NCBI GenBank assembly: GCA_964553135.1
Contig: CAZKJL010000001.1
Location: 563,946-627,945 of the forward strand
Reading direction: 5' to 3'
Length of the DNA stretch: 64,000 bases
DNA from: an uncultured Candidatus Peribacteria bacterium
GTDB taxonomy: Bacteria; Patescibacteriota; Gracilibacteria; Peribacterales; Peribacteraceae
The first letter of the stretch is position 1, and each line of letters starts with the position of its first letter. Below, piece by piece: positions 1 to 9,026 of the stretch. A program made the translations under genes and the position numbers. The notes beneath the pieces were generated by a model. It was not told the DNA's origin. It made no database searches and was given only the letters and a program-made list of their open reading frames with translations.

Positions 1-125
1 GTAAGTTTGTCGAAGAGCAGGTAGCGTAAGCCGTTGCTCACATAGGTTCAGCAGCCGGTGATACGGCGTATCTGTTTCGTATTTCGCGGTCCTCCTCTAT
101 AGTCTGCTGTGCTTTTTGACATCAT

Positions 126-200
126 GGGTCGGTAGCTCAGCGGTAGAGCAGTGCCCTTTTAAGGCATTGGCCGTGGGTTCAAATCCCACCCGACCCACCA
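126..200 (+). tRNA. tRNA-Lys (anticodon UUU), CCA encoded
   Basis: Cloverleaf read by eye: acceptor GGGTCGG/CCGACCC, D arm GCTC-AGCGGTA-GAGC, anticodon loop CTTTTAA, T arm GTGGG-TTCAAAT-CCCAC, 3' ACCA. Confidence 0.9.
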
Positions 201-497
201 ATGCCAAGCTTTTTCTTGGTGTACCATTTCCCCGTGCCTCACTTCGTCTACCTCGCCCGCTGTGCCGACGGTTCTCTGTACGCCGGAACGTGCGTGAATC
301 TCAAGGAGCGTGAGGCGAAGCACAACGATGGGACCGGGGCCAAGTACACGCGCAGCCGCTTGCCCGTGAAGTTCGTGTATCACGAAAGGAAGAAGACGCT
401 CTCCGATGCCAGGTCGCGAGAGGCTGCCATCAAAAAAATGAAGAGAGTTGCGAAACTCGATTTGATTCGAGGTAAGTCCGATACAATTCGCGCATGA
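201..497 (+). CDS. GIY-YIG nuclease family protein (UPF0213/YhbQ-like)
   Basis: FVYLARCADGSLYAGTCVNLKEREAKHNDGTGAKYTRSRLPVKFVY...SREAAIKKMKR matches the short GIY-YIG family pattern. The ATG directly abuts the tRNA CCA, so the exact start is uncertain. There is a 4-nt ATGA overlap with the next gene. Confidence 0.75.
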   Translation: MPSFFLVYHFPVPHFVYLARCADGSLYAGTCVNLKEREAKHNDGTGAKYTRSRLPVKFVYHERKKTLSDARSREAAIKKMKRVAKLDLIRGKSDTIRA

Positions 498-1252
498 TCG
501 ACAGTCACTGCCACGTCACCGCCAAAGAATTCGATGCCGACCGAGGCCTCGTCATCGAGCGCGCAAAAGCAGCCGGAGTCACGATGCTCATCACCATCTG
601 CGACGAGATGTCCGATATTCCCAAGTGTCAAGAGCTTGCCGAGAAGTTCGATCACATTTTTTATTCGGCAGGCGTGCATCCGCACCATGCAAAGCTTTTC
701 GATGCATCGCGAGATTTGCCGATCATCAGAGCTGCCGCAAACAATCCGAAGTGCAAAGCGATCGGAGAAATCGGTCTCGATTATCACTACATGAACAGTC
801 CGCGCGATACACAGCAACGCGTGTTCGAAGAGCAGCTCAAGCTTGCGAAAGAGTTGGATCTCCCCGCAGTCGTGCACTGCCGCGATGCCGTGGAAGACGT
901 GTGGACCATCGTGAGTCACGTGAAGCCGAAGAAGCTCGTCATTCATTGCTGCACGGAGAAGTGGAGCGATGTCGCGCGTTTCGTGGACGCGGGATACCTC
1001 CTCTCCTTTACGGGAATCGTGACGTACCCCAAGGCAGAAGACATTCGCGATACCGTGAAGCAGTGTCCGCTTGAGAGCTTGATGGTAGAGACCGATGCGC
1101 CGTATTTGGCTCCGGTACCGCACAGAGGCAAGCGATGTGAGCCGATGCATGTCATCGATACGGCGAAGAAGATTGCGGAGATGAAAGGCGTCGATGTGAG
1201 CGAGGTGGATCGAGTGACGACGGCAAATGCGAAGAAGTTTTTCTCGATCTGA
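494..1252 (+). CDS. TatD family metal-dependent hydrolase/DNase
   Basis: N-terminal IDSHCHV motif, GEIGLDYHY, VVHCRDA and VETDAPYL motifs typical of TatD. Confidence 0.9.
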   Translation: MIDSHCHVTAKEFDADRGLVIERAKAAGVTMLITICDEMSDIPKCQELAEKFDHIFYSAGVHPHHAKLFDASRDLPIIRAAANNPKCKAIGEIGLDYHYMNSPRDTQQRVFEEQLKLAKELDLPAVVHCRDAVEDVWTIVSHVKPKKLVIHCCTEKWSDVARFVDAGYLLSFTGIVTYPKAEDIRDTVKQCPLESLMVETDAPYLAPVPHRGKRCEPMHVIDTAKKIAEMKGVDVSEVDRVTTANAKKFFSI

Positions 1253-1260
1253 AGCGAATT

Positions 1261-1341
1261 GTTACTTCTTTGTCCGCCATCATTCCCACTTTTTTTGACG
1301 CAATTTGATTGTCACTTCTTTGTCCGCGACAAAGAAGTAAC
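1261..1341. repeat. Duplicated 17-nt motif GTYACTTCTTTGTCCGC; the second copy forms a hairpin with GACAAAGAAGTAA
   Basis: Copies at 1261-1277 and 1311-1327. The complement GACAAAGAAGT follows at about 1328-1338. Located just after the tatD-family stop codon. Confidence 0.6.
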
Positions 1342-1435
1342 CAAGAAAACGCTCTTGGCCGATACCCACCCTCATCCCCCGCTGCGGCGCGCTCCATCCC
1401 TTGGGATGTGGCTACTTTCGAATTCAGGCCGTGCT

Positions 1436-1474
1436 TCCTTGTACTCTTTGAATTCTTTGCAGTCCTTGCAATCC
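1436..1474 (+). repeat. 9-bp periodic intergenic array (TCYTTGYAN, about 4 units)
   Basis: TCCTTGTAC|TCTTTGAAT|TCTTTGCAG|TCCTTGCAA|TCC, 17 nt upstream of tRNA-Arg. Same family as the arrays at 12491, 15096 and 16231. Confidence 0.7.
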
Positions 1475-1491
1475 CCGTATACTTCGCCCGC

Positions 1492-1566
1492 GCTCCCGTA
1501 GGTCAATGGATAGACCGCTGGCCTCCGAAGCTGGAGATGCAGGTTCGATCCCTGCCGGGAGCACCA
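1492..1566 (+). tRNA. tRNA-Arg (anticodon CCG), CCA encoded
   Basis: Acceptor GCTCCCG/CGGGAGC, D arm GGTC-AATGGATA-GACC, anticodon loop CTCCGAA, T arm GCAGG-TTCGATC-CCTGC, ACCA. Confidence 0.85.
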
Positions 1567-1660
1567 TTCGACTCGCTACGCTCGCTCGTGGTCCTCGCAC
1601 TTCGGTGCTCGGGCCAATTTCACCGAGTCGAATGACCCTGAGCTTGTCGAGGCCTTCATC

Positions 1661-1688
1661 AAAAAACGCCTCCCTCAGAGGGGAGGCG
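1661..1688 (-). terminator. Rho-independent terminator for the 1717-2688 gene
   Basis: Hairpin CGCCTCCC-TCAGAG-GGGAGGCG followed on the minus strand by a T6 run (A6 at 1661-1666), about 30 nt after the stop codon. Confidence 0.6.
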
Positions 1689-1716
1689 TGTGAGCCCGAT
1701 GTGGGAACTTCTCCGC

Positions 1717-2688
1717 TTACTCGCTCACCACGATGCTCGCGGTGGCGCTTGATTTCAGGTGGTTGTGGTAACCCCAGGTTCCGGTCTTCGTGAAGGTGTA
1801 CTTGTACTCACCCCCGATGAGAATGCTCTGGGACTCGAATCCCGGAAGATCGGTGTGCGTGGGGTACGGGTTGCTGGCGATCAGGAGTTGGCCGTTGCTC
1901 TCGTTCTTGAACGTGACGGTGTCACCCTTCTTCACGTGGAGTACGGAAGGGGAGAAGCCGGTGTCACGGTACGTGACGACGAGCGTGCTCATGGGGTCCG
2001 TAGACGGCTCGCGGTCTTTGCCCGGAGTGCCGTACTTGGCCTTGGCTTCGATGGCCATTTTCACGACTTCGGCACGATTGATCGGAGCGAGCGGACGGAA
2101 CATGCCCGTGGGCTGATCGTTCACGTCCAGGTCACCGGAGATCACTCCTTTGAGTTGCAGAGCTTCGATGGCTTGGCCGTACGTCGTCGCGGTCTTCACG
2201 TCTTTGAAGGGCACGCCGCTGATCGTCGTCTTGAGATCGGCGCGGAATGCGGAGGCGATCATGGAAGCGACTTGAGCGCGCGTTGCGGGGCTGTCGAGAC
2301 GGAGCGTTCCGCTGACGGTGGGGAATGCTTCGGATTTGCCGACGGACACGTAGGCGGAAGCCCAGTGTGTCACGCCGCTGTCGACGACCGCGCCGTACGC
2401 GGCTTCGTCATAACCTGCGGATTCCGATGCGATCTTGAGTGCTTCGGCGATGGTCACGCTTTTCTCCGGACCGAATTTTCCGGTGAGCTTGCCGTTCACG
2501 TCACGGTAGCCCGTGGCGATGTTCGTCTCGGCGGCGGTCTGTACGTAGGTGGCGAACCAGGCCGACTGGGGCACATCGCTGAAGACGACGGTTTGTCCGT
2601 CGACGATCACTTGAATGCCGATGGCACCGGCCATGAGCGGCACGAGCATGCCGGTTATGCCGATGAGGGACAGAAGAGACTTTTTCAT
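1717..2688 (-). CDS. Secreted SLH-domain protein with C-terminal cupredoxin-like domain
   Basis: Signal peptide MKKSLLSLIGITGMLVPLMAGA. Repeated SLH-like segments (FSDVP..W...YV......I..GY; FKDV...TYGQAIEAL...GVISG). C-terminus VKKGDTVTFKNESN...WGYHNH is cupredoxin-like. Confidence 0.7.
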   Translation of the reverse strand: MKKSLLSLIGITGMLVPLMAGAIGIQVIVDGQTVVFSDVPQSAWFATYVQTAAETNIATGYRDVNGKLTGKFGPEKSVTIAEALKIASESAGYDEAAYGAVVDSGVTHWASAYVSVGKSEAFPTVSGTLRLDSPATRAQVASMIASAFRADLKTTISGVPFKDVKTATTYGQAIEALQLKGVISGDLDVNDQPTGMFRPLAPINRAEVVKMAIEAKAKYGTPGKDREPSTDPMSTLVVTYRDTGFSPSVLHVKKGDTVTFKNESNGQLLIASNPYPTHTDLPGFESQSILIGGEYKYTFTKTGTWGYHNHLKSSATASIVVSE

Positions 2689-2796
2689 AGGGAATGGAAG
2701 GAAGTGATGGGGAAGAGATGCACCTGAGACGTCGGCCTCGTGAGTTCATGACAAACCCCGCGTTGCCTCATTGCAAATTTTGTTTCGTGAATTTTT

Positions 2797-3309
2797 TCAG
2801 ATCATGCGGCTGTCGTATGCCCAGTGCAGCACCGCTTGGCGCTGCCTCCTGCGACACGTCAGATTTCCCGGCTCACAATTGTTCCTGATTTGCGCGATGT
2901 GCCTGCGGATGGCGAGCCAGCGCTTGATCTGCCTGTCGTCTTCCTGCGGCATGCGTCTGCCGCGGTAGTAGCGGCAATACCACTGGAACCAGCCGCGCGG
3001 GTCGGCGGGATGGATCCATCCTTTCTTCCGCCATATCGCGAGCGACTGACTCGCATTGATGCCGAAGAAGTTCAGCTTGGGATCATGTTTCTCGTGACAC
3101 AGTTTTGCTTTCTCAAACCAATCGGCCGGAAATTCGTCCCTGCAATCGGTCATGTATTTTCCGCCGAACACACCGAGCGTCAGCATTTGTTTCGGCGTGA
3201 GGTCCGGCGTGAAGCGGGGATCGAAATTCTTTCCTTCGGGCTCCGTGAGCTCGTAGCTGCAGTTTTTCTGCATCAGGTCGTTCACCGTTACTGTCCGTCG
3301 TTTGGTCAT
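2797..3309 (-). CDS. Conserved hypothetical protein
   Basis: Clean 170-aa ORF with non-shadow composition. Distinctive GWIHPADPRGWFQWYCRYYRGRR motif that I cannot assign to a named family. Confidence 0.55.
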   Translation of the reverse strand: MTKRRTVTVNDLMQKNCSYELTEPEGKNFDPRFTPDLTPKQMLTLGVFGGKYMTDCRDEFPADWFEKAKLCHEKHDPKLNFFGINASQSLAIWRKKGWIHPADPRGWFQWYCRYYRGRRMPQEDDRQIKRWLAIRRHIAQIRNNCEPGNLTCRRRQRQAVLHWAYDSRMI

Positions 3310-3397
3310 CGGTGGACATATCGTACATCGCTGACCGCACGTCGTGCCTTGTTTTTTTACGGAGAATCACTAAAGTGCTTTAGTTCTCAACCATTAT

Positions 3398-4825
3398 ATG
3401 AACACACGATCTCCTTGGTTCATCTTCGTCCTCGTTGCGGTCGCGCAGTTCATGGTGGTGCTCGACGTCTGCATCACGAACGTGGCGCTGCCGGCAATCC
3501 AGGCGTCGCTTCATTTCGATACGCACACGCTCCAATGGGTGGTGACGGCGTACGCACTCACGTTCGGCGGATTCTTGCTCCTTGGAGGCCGCGCCGCCGA
3601 TATCTTCGGTCATCGCAGAGTTCTCCTCGTGGGTCTGGGTGCCTTCTCCGTCTTGTCTTTGTTCATCGGTATCTCGGAGTCACCGATGATGCTCATCGTG
3701 CTTCGTGCGTTCCAGGGAGTCGCTGCCGCGCTCATGTCGCCTGCTGCGCTCTCGGTCGTACTCATCACGTTTCCCGAAGGCAAGGAGCGCAACCGCGCGC
3801 TCGGTCACTGGACCACGGTCGCCACGGGCGGAGCCGCCGTCGGCTTACTCCTGGGCGGGGTTCTCACGCAGTACCTCAACTGGCGATGGAACTTCTTCAT
3901 CAACGTGCCCATCGGTGTCCTCATTTCCGTCGCCATCGCCAAGCTTTTGCCCCACGAGAAACAGGAAACGGAACATCATGACTTGGATATTCCGGGTGCG
4001 CTGCTCGTGACGAGCGGCCTCGTGCTTCTCGTCTACGTCGTCAGCCAGGCTCCCGTGTGGGGTTGGACGAACGTCTGGACGCTCTCGGGCGGAGCCGCCG
4101 TCGTTGCGCTTCTTGCGACCTTCGTGTGGAACGAATCGATCAGCAAGCATCCGCTCATGCCGCTCTCCATCTTCAAGATCCGCAACATCACCGGAGCCAA
4201 CCTCATGAGCGCTCCCATTTCCGCGGGATCCTTCGGCATGTTCTTTCTGCTGTCTCTCTACATTCAGGGAGTGCTGAAGTATTCGCCGCTCATGGCCGGA
4301 CTGAGCTTCTTGCCGTTTCCCATCATCCTGGGCTCCCTCTCGCAGCGCATGGCCAGGGGAGTGACGCGCTTCGGATACACGCCGTTCCTCATCGGAGGAC
4401 CGCTCTGCGTCGCCATCGGCATCGCGTGGCTCACGCGCATTCCGGTGCTCGGCAATTACTGGGTCGACATTCTTCCCAGTGTCATCGTCATGCCCGTGGG
4501 CATGGCCATGACGTTCATGCCGCTCATGGTGGCCGCAACGTCGGGTGTCACGCAGAACGAAGCAGGTCTCGCCTCCGGTCTCATCAACACGTCGCAGCAG
4601 ATGGGAGGCGCGCTGGGTCTCGCCATTCTTTCCAGCATCGCCGCGTCGGTCACCGCAAGCAACATGTCACTCGGCGTCATGGAGGCAATGGTGCTCGGGT
4701 ACTCGCGTGCGTTCATGGCCGCGGTCGCCATCATCGTCATGGGTACCGCGATCGGTTTGGCACTCATTCGGAACAAAAAAGCATCGTCGAATGACGCAAG
4801 TCATGCGCACGTGCATGCACTGTAA
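3398..4825 (+). CDS. MFS transporter, DHA2/EmrB-like (14-TMS drug:H+ antiporter type)
   Basis: LDVCITNVALPAIQASL, LLLGGRAADIFGHRRV and about 14 hydrophobic segments over 475 aa. Confidence 0.85.
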   Translation: MNTRSPWFIFVLVAVAQFMVVLDVCITNVALPAIQASLHFDTHTLQWVVTAYALTFGGFLLLGGRAADIFGHRRVLLVGLGAFSVLSLFIGISESPMMLIVLRAFQGVAAALMSPAALSVVLITFPEGKERNRALGHWTTVATGGAAVGLLLGGVLTQYLNWRWNFFINVPIGVLISVAIAKLLPHEKQETEHHDLDIPGALLVTSGLVLLVYVVSQAPVWGWTNVWTLSGGAAVVALLATFVWNESISKHPLMPLSIFKIRNITGANLMSAPISAGSFGMFFLLSLYIQGVLKYSPLMAGLSFLPFPIILGSLSQRMARGVTRFGYTPFLIGGPLCVAIGIAWLTRIPVLGNYWVDILPSVIVMPVGMAMTFMPLMVAATSGVTQNEAGLASGLINTSQQMGGALGLAILSSIAASVTASNMSLGVMEAMVLGYSRAFMAAVAIIVMGTAIGLALIRNKKASSNDASHAHVHAL

Positions 4826-5257
4826 TCAGTTCGTCGAACCGAACGATTGTCGCACGCGATCCAAAATCTCCCCGCGGATCGCGGTTTCATCGGGCTTCGT
4901 CGGTATCTCGGATTGCCGTGCGAGCCGTCGTTGCATCTCGCCTTCGATTCCTGCCAGGAGTACGGGATGCAGCTCGTGCGGCACGTCGCATTTTTTCAGC
5001 AGATCCGCAGCGTCGATGTGCACGTATCCTCCCTGCAGACGTCTCTCTGCGATGATAAGAGTCACCAGTGCGGAAACTGCATCTCGTGTGATGGAAGAAT
5101 CCGCTCGCAGCGAGGAGCCCAATGCGAGAATGTTGATTGCCGCATGCCGAAAATCATCCAGCGCTTTTTGACGAATGACGCTCAAGGACGGTGCGTCGCT
5201 CGGAGTGACGACGGGAGTCGTGCATGCCTTCGCGTCGAAGCGGGGCTTATTGCTCAC
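4826..5257 (-). CDS. Hypothetical protein
   Basis: 143-aa ORF in the only plausible frame between the MFS gene and the low-GC patch. No recognisable motif. Confidence 0.4.
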   Translation of the reverse strand: MSNKPRFDAKACTTPVVTPSDAPSLSVIRQKALDDFRHAAINILALGSSLRADSSITRDAVSALVTLIIAERRLQGGYVHIDAADLLKKCDVPHELHPVLLAGIEGEMQRRLARQSEIPTKPDETAIRGEILDRVRQSFGSTN

Positions 5258-5304
5258 CGTTCCATGGTATCAGATGTGATGTTGATGTTTGTGCGAGTTT
5301 GTTT

Positions 5305-5333
5305 GGAGCTCCTTATGGGAGCTTATTACAGAA
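5305..5333 (+). repeat. Left copy of the 28-bp direct repeat flanking the Mrr-like gene
   Basis: GAGCTCCTTATGGGAGCTTATTACAGAA at 5306-5333. Contains an internal hairpin AGCTCC-TTATG-GGAGCT. Confidence 0.8.
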
Positions 5334-5368
5334 TAGTTCGAATAGTTACTTAGGGGTATATTTTATGC

Positions 5369-5881
5369 ATGTTCACAGATAAACGGTTTCAGAAGCTGAG
5401 GAGTATCGATGACATTGCGACCCTTGATCCTCGTGACTTCGAATGGTTCACCAAGTTTTTACTAGAGAAAAAAGGGCACGTAGGAGTTTGGGTTACGCAG
5501 AAACATGGAAAGCTAAACGGAGATGGAGGAGTAGATGTTGAATCCTCGTTCAATGGCATAAAGGTCTACACACAATGCAAACGTTGGCGCTCTACTTTTC
5601 GTGGAACATTTAAAGGCTTTCTTCCTGTTCGTGTTATTCGAGAGCTCGGAGGATGCATGCTTCGGGATAAAGTGACCAAGGGAATTGTTGTTACGACACT
5701 TAATTTTGAAGGGTTAGATAGAAGCGAGGCAGCAAAAATGAATATCGACCTGATTGGTCGGGAAGAAATTGTTACTGAAATGCTTCGAATCAATCCAAAA
5801 TTCCGTAGTGGATCACGCCTCGGATCGTTCACAATTTTCCGTCAGTTGCTGCTGGCGATTCGATGGTTGATGGTCGATTAG
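5369..5881 (+). CDS. Mrr-like restriction endonuclease domain protein (Mrr_cat)
   Basis: DPRDFEWFTKFLLEKKGH...GDGGVDVES...VYTQCKRW shows the D-(D/E)xK arrangement typical of the Mrr catalytic domain. Lies in a low-GC patch. Confidence 0.7.
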   Translation: MFTDKRFQKLRSIDDIATLDPRDFEWFTKFLLEKKGHVGVWVTQKHGKLNGDGGVDVESSFNGIKVYTQCKRWRSTFRGTFKGFLPVRVIRELGGCMLRDKVTKGIVVTTLNFEGLDRSEAAKMNIDLIGREEIVTEMLRINPKFRSGSRLGSFTIFRQLLLAIRWLMVD

Positions 5882-5885
5882 CTTC

Positions 5886-5913
5886 GAGCTCCTTGTGGGA
5901 GCTTATTGCAGAA
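5886..5913 (+). repeat. Right copy of the 28-bp direct repeat flanking the Mrr-like gene
   Basis: GAGCTCCTTGTGGGAGCTTATTGCAGAA, 26 of 28 identical to 5306-5333. Starts 5 nt after the Mrr stop codon. Confidence 0.8.
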
Positions 5914-6079
5914 AATGCCGAACATTCTCTTTTGGGGTCTGCCCGGCTTCGTCTGCGGACTGAGCCGAGGCATCGGGCGCTTTGATCGGAACAAAGCGAA
6001 ATCTCGGTGCAGCTCCCGAGGGAGTGAAGCCGGATGCCGGAGCTTATGTGGAACGGAACCACTATTTTCAGCTGTGAAT

Positions 6080-6256
6080 ATGGCATATAATCGGCATATG
6101 GTAGATTTTTTTGCGGAACTGTTTGATCTTGTGATGACCCCTTTTCAGGGTAAAAAGAATCATCCACATAAACGATGGCTTATTCTTCTGGGTGCGATTT
6201 TAATGCTTTTGGTATTAATTCTTGCTTCAATCCGACTATACAACATGTATCTATGA
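6080..6256 (+). CDS. Small membrane protein (hypothetical)
   Basis: MAYNRHMVDFF...RWLILLGAILMLLVLILASIRLY has one clear TM helix. The upstream part of the long ORF (5906-) looks non-coding. Start is uncertain (6080 or 6098). Confidence 0.3.
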   Translation: MAYNRHMVDFFAELFDLVMTPFQGKKNHPHKRWLILLGAILMLLVLILASIRLYNMYL

Positions 6257-6258
6257 AT

Positions 6259-6332
6259 TGGAGCGGGTAAGGGGAATCGAACCCCTGTCTGCGCCATGGC
6301 AAGGCGCCGTACTACCATTGTACGATACCCGC
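6259..6332 (-). tRNA. tRNA-Gly (anticodon GCC), CCA encoded
   Basis: The reverse complement gives GCGGGTA...; anticodon stem GCGCC/GGCGC with loop TTGCCAT; T arm AGGGG-TTCGATT-CCCCT; U73 discriminator plus CCA. Confidence 0.9.
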
Positions 6333-6388
6333 AGAAGAAAAAGAGCTAGCAGATGCTACACAAGCGAGTGCGCAGTGGCAAGGCACGC

Positions 6389-6652
6389 TTAGGCGGCTTC
6401 CGTTCGTTCCAGCTCGCGTCGGATGGCTTTGGAAAGGTGCAGGAAGGCCAGGATGGTCACGAGTGCCACCGTGGCGTCATCGGCAAAACCGATGAGCGGC
6501 AGCAGGTCGGGAATGACGTCGATGGGCAGAAGTCCGTACAGCACCCCGCCTCCGATGATCATTTTGGCGGAAAAGGGAGTGTCTTTGTGAAATGCCGCCA
6601 TCCACGCGATGCGAATTTTTTGTCCGAGCGTGAGACTTCGTGCGGGTTCCAT
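6389..6652 (-). CDS. YkvA/DUF1232 family membrane protein
   Basis: GGGVLYGLLPIDVIPDLLPLIGFADDATV is the DUF1232 signature. Confidence 0.75.
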   Translation of the reverse strand: MEPARSLTLGQKIRIAWMAAFHKDTPFSAKMIIGGGVLYGLLPIDVIPDLLPLIGFADDATVALVTILAFLHLSKAIRRELERTEAA

Positions 6653-6699
6653 GCACGGATCATACGCTTGTATACTCAGGACGCATCCCGACTTTTTCT

Positions 6700-7029
6700 A
6701 TGGCCACCAAGCAATCGACCGCCGAGTTTCTCCTGGAGCAAGTCTCCGGTGCCGGCCAGGTCCGCATCCGGAAAATGTTCGGCGAGTACGCCCTCTATTG
6801 CGATGAAAAAGTGGTGGCTCTCATCTGCGATGACAGATTTTTTCTGAAGCCCACCGAGGTCGCCAAGGACTTCCGCGCTTTCGAAGAAGGGCCGCCGTAT
6901 CCGGGATCCAAACCGTTTCTCATCATCGATGAAGATCGCTGGGATGACCGTGATTTCATGAGCGACGTCGTTCGTGCGACCGCCGCAGCGTTGCCCGCAC
7001 CGAAGCCGAAGAAGCTCAAGAAAAAGTGA
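6700..7029 (+). CDS. TfoX/Sxy N-terminal domain protein
   Basis: VRIRKMFGEYALYCDEKVVALICDDRFFLK is the TfoX_N pattern. Internal ATG at 6700 chosen as the start. Confidence 0.7.
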   Translation: MATKQSTAEFLLEQVSGAGQVRIRKMFGEYALYCDEKVVALICDDRFFLKPTEVAKDFRAFEEGPPYPGSKPFLIIDEDRWDDRDFMSDVVRATAAALPAPKPKKLKKK

Positions 7030-7030
7030 T

Positions 7031-7552
7031 TCAGCTTTGTTCACGCCACCAGTCGGGCTCGACGGCTCCCGGAAAGGACGTTCTGCCCCGCATCACCGTT
7101 TCCAGAATATCCGTCGGCCACGAGCCGTCCGGTTCGGCGAGAAGCGCACGCACCCGCTCCGTCGTCATTTCGGCCACTTCCTTCCAGGCTTTTTCACGCT
7201 GCAAAATCCGCAGCATGTCGGCTTCATCGGGATTCACCGTTTCTTCAATGATGGCGCGGATGCGGAGCGCCGAGCTGCTTTTGTATCTCTCGCGTGCATC
7301 GGCGATATGCGTCTGCACGTATTTGCGGGCCCGCATGTTCAGATCCCTGCCTACGATGCGGTGCGCCAGGTCACGTATCTTTCCCGATGCGGCCGAGAGG
7401 CACAGAAATTCGATCTCGCGACGGGTGTAACTGCGGATGACTTCGTCCAATCGTCGATCTTTCACGCCTTGGAGTTCGGCGTCGCCGGTCACGAGGAGTT
7501 CGCTCGCCGTGATCGTCGAGAGCCTCGCTTTAACGGATGGTTTTTCGGTCAT
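7031..7552 (-). CDS. Hypothetical protein
   Basis: ORF with normal composition. Start taken at MTEKPS (7552) to avoid overlap with mgtE. No family recognised. Confidence 0.45.
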   Translation of the reverse strand: MTEKPSVKARLSTITASELLVTGDAELQGVKDRRLDEVIRSYTRREIEFLCLSAASGKIRDLAHRIVGRDLNMRARKYVQTHIADARERYKSSSALRIRAIIEETVNPDEADMLRILQREKAWKEVAEMTTERVRALLAEPDGSWPTDILETVMRGRTSFPGAVEPDWWREQS

Positions 7553-7635
7553 GGGGGATGAGTATACGAATATTTCGTCCGAGCGCAGCTTTTCTTTTCG
7601 TGCGGGCGGGTATACCGTTCGGGTGCCCTTCTTCC

Positions 7636-8967
7636 ATGAAAGACAAATTGCTGCACCGGGCCGATGCGTTGCTTGCAAAGAAGCAGGACAAGGATTTGCG
7701 ACAGCTCTTGTCGCAGCAGGATTTTCACATCATCGCGCAGGTCATCGACGGCCTGACGCACGGCAAGAGAAAGACCTTTGCACTGCTTCCGCCTGAAAAG
7801 CAGGCCGAAGTGGCGCTCACGCTGAATGAAGACAGCAAGCGACGCATTTTCCCGCGGCTCTCGGACGAAAGCATCGCGCGGTTTTTGCACTTCAGCGATG
7901 AAGACGACGCCACGGATATCCTGCAGTATCTGTCGGTCCAACGGAGACAGGCGATTCTCTCCGCCATGCGTGGGGAGAAGAGCAAGAAAATCGAGAAGCT
8001 GCTGAAGTTCGGATCCGAGACCGCAGGCGGTCTCATGGACCTCAACTTCATTCTGGTGAAACCGGAATTCACCTTCGACGACGTGCTCACCAAAGTGAAG
8101 AAGCACATCGAAGGCAGTCGCGAAATGCCGACGGTGCTCGTGGTGGATGAGCACGCCAAGATCATCGGCTTCATTCCGGAGCGCGTGTTGCTCTTTCCTC
8201 CCCAGAACGCCACCGTCGACGACCAAACCATCGTGCTTCCGGTCGTCTCGCACAAAATGGACCGGGAAAAAGTGATGCAAGTCATGTCGCGGATGCGCTC
8301 GGAGGTGCTCTGCGTGGCCGACGAAGGCGAGCAGGTCCAAGGCGTCATCCATTTGCGCGACCTCATGAAAGTGGCGCAAGCGGAAGCCACGGAAGACATC
8401 TACCGCTTCGCGGGTGTGGACGTGGAAGAGCACGCTCTCGATTCCATTCTGGTGAAAGTCCGTCGCCGTTCGAATTGGCTGCTCATCAACTTGGTGACGG
8501 CGTTCATGGCGTCGTTCGTCGTGTCGCTGTTCCAGGGCACCATTGCCGCACTCCCCATCTTGGCCGTGTACATGCCGGTGGTCGCCGGACAAGGCGGCAA
8601 CGCCGCGACACAAGCGCTCGCGGTGGTCGTCCGCGGACTCGCGCTCGGCGAACTGCCGTGGGCCAAGGCCAAGCGCGTCATCATCCGAGAGGCGATGGCG
8701 GGAACGCTCAACGGACTCATCACCGGTGCGTGCGCCGGTATCGCCGCCGTGGCGTTCGGCGCGCATCCCATGCTCGGCGTCGTGCTCGCATCCGCCATGA
8801 TCATCAACTTGTTCGTCGCGGGCTTCTTCGGCGCTCTCATTCCGTTCGTGCTCAAACGCATGAAGATCGATCCTGCCATCGCCAGTACCGTGTTTGTGAC
8901 CACGACCACCGATATTTGCGGTTTCTTGGCTTTCCTGGGCCTTGGAACCATGCTTTTGCCCCGCTAG
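7636..8967 (+). CDS. mgtE: Magnesium transporter MgtE
   Basis: N-domain, tandem CBS region and C-terminal channel with PVVAGQGGNAATQ and FVTTTTDICGF motifs. Start at MKDKLL. Confidence 0.9.
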   Translation: MKDKLLHRADALLAKKQDKDLRQLLSQQDFHIIAQVIDGLTHGKRKTFALLPPEKQAEVALTLNEDSKRRIFPRLSDESIARFLHFSDEDDATDILQYLSVQRRQAILSAMRGEKSKKIEKLLKFGSETAGGLMDLNFILVKPEFTFDDVLTKVKKHIEGSREMPTVLVVDEHAKIIGFIPERVLLFPPQNATVDDQTIVLPVVSHKMDREKVMQVMSRMRSEVLCVADEGEQVQGVIHLRDLMKVAQAEATEDIYRFAGVDVEEHALDSILVKVRRRSNWLLINLVTAFMASFVVSLFQGTIAALPILAVYMPVVAGQGGNAATQALAVVVRGLALGELPWAKAKRVIIREAMAGTLNGLITGACAGIAAVAFGAHPMLGVVLASAMIINLFVAGFFGALIPFVLKRMKIDPAIASTVFVTTTTDICGFLAFLGLGTMLLPR

Positions 8968-8997
8968 AACGTCCGTGGATCCACGGCGTCCGAAATA

Positions 8998-9026
8998 TTG
9001 AATTTTTGGCTTATTTTTGCTATAAT
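8998..9026 (+). promoter_or_regulatory. Sigma70-like promoter for the pilin-like gene trio
   Basis: TTGAAT (8998-9003), a 17-nt spacer, then TATAAT (9021-9026), in an AT-rich gap after mgtE. Confidence 0.5.

Noticed and set aside
1-115. Possible 5' end of a minus-strand gene at the window edge (GAGGAGGA-like sequence at about 88-100 on the minus strand).
   Set aside because: No convincing start codon or open frame can be established from the roughly 90 nt available.
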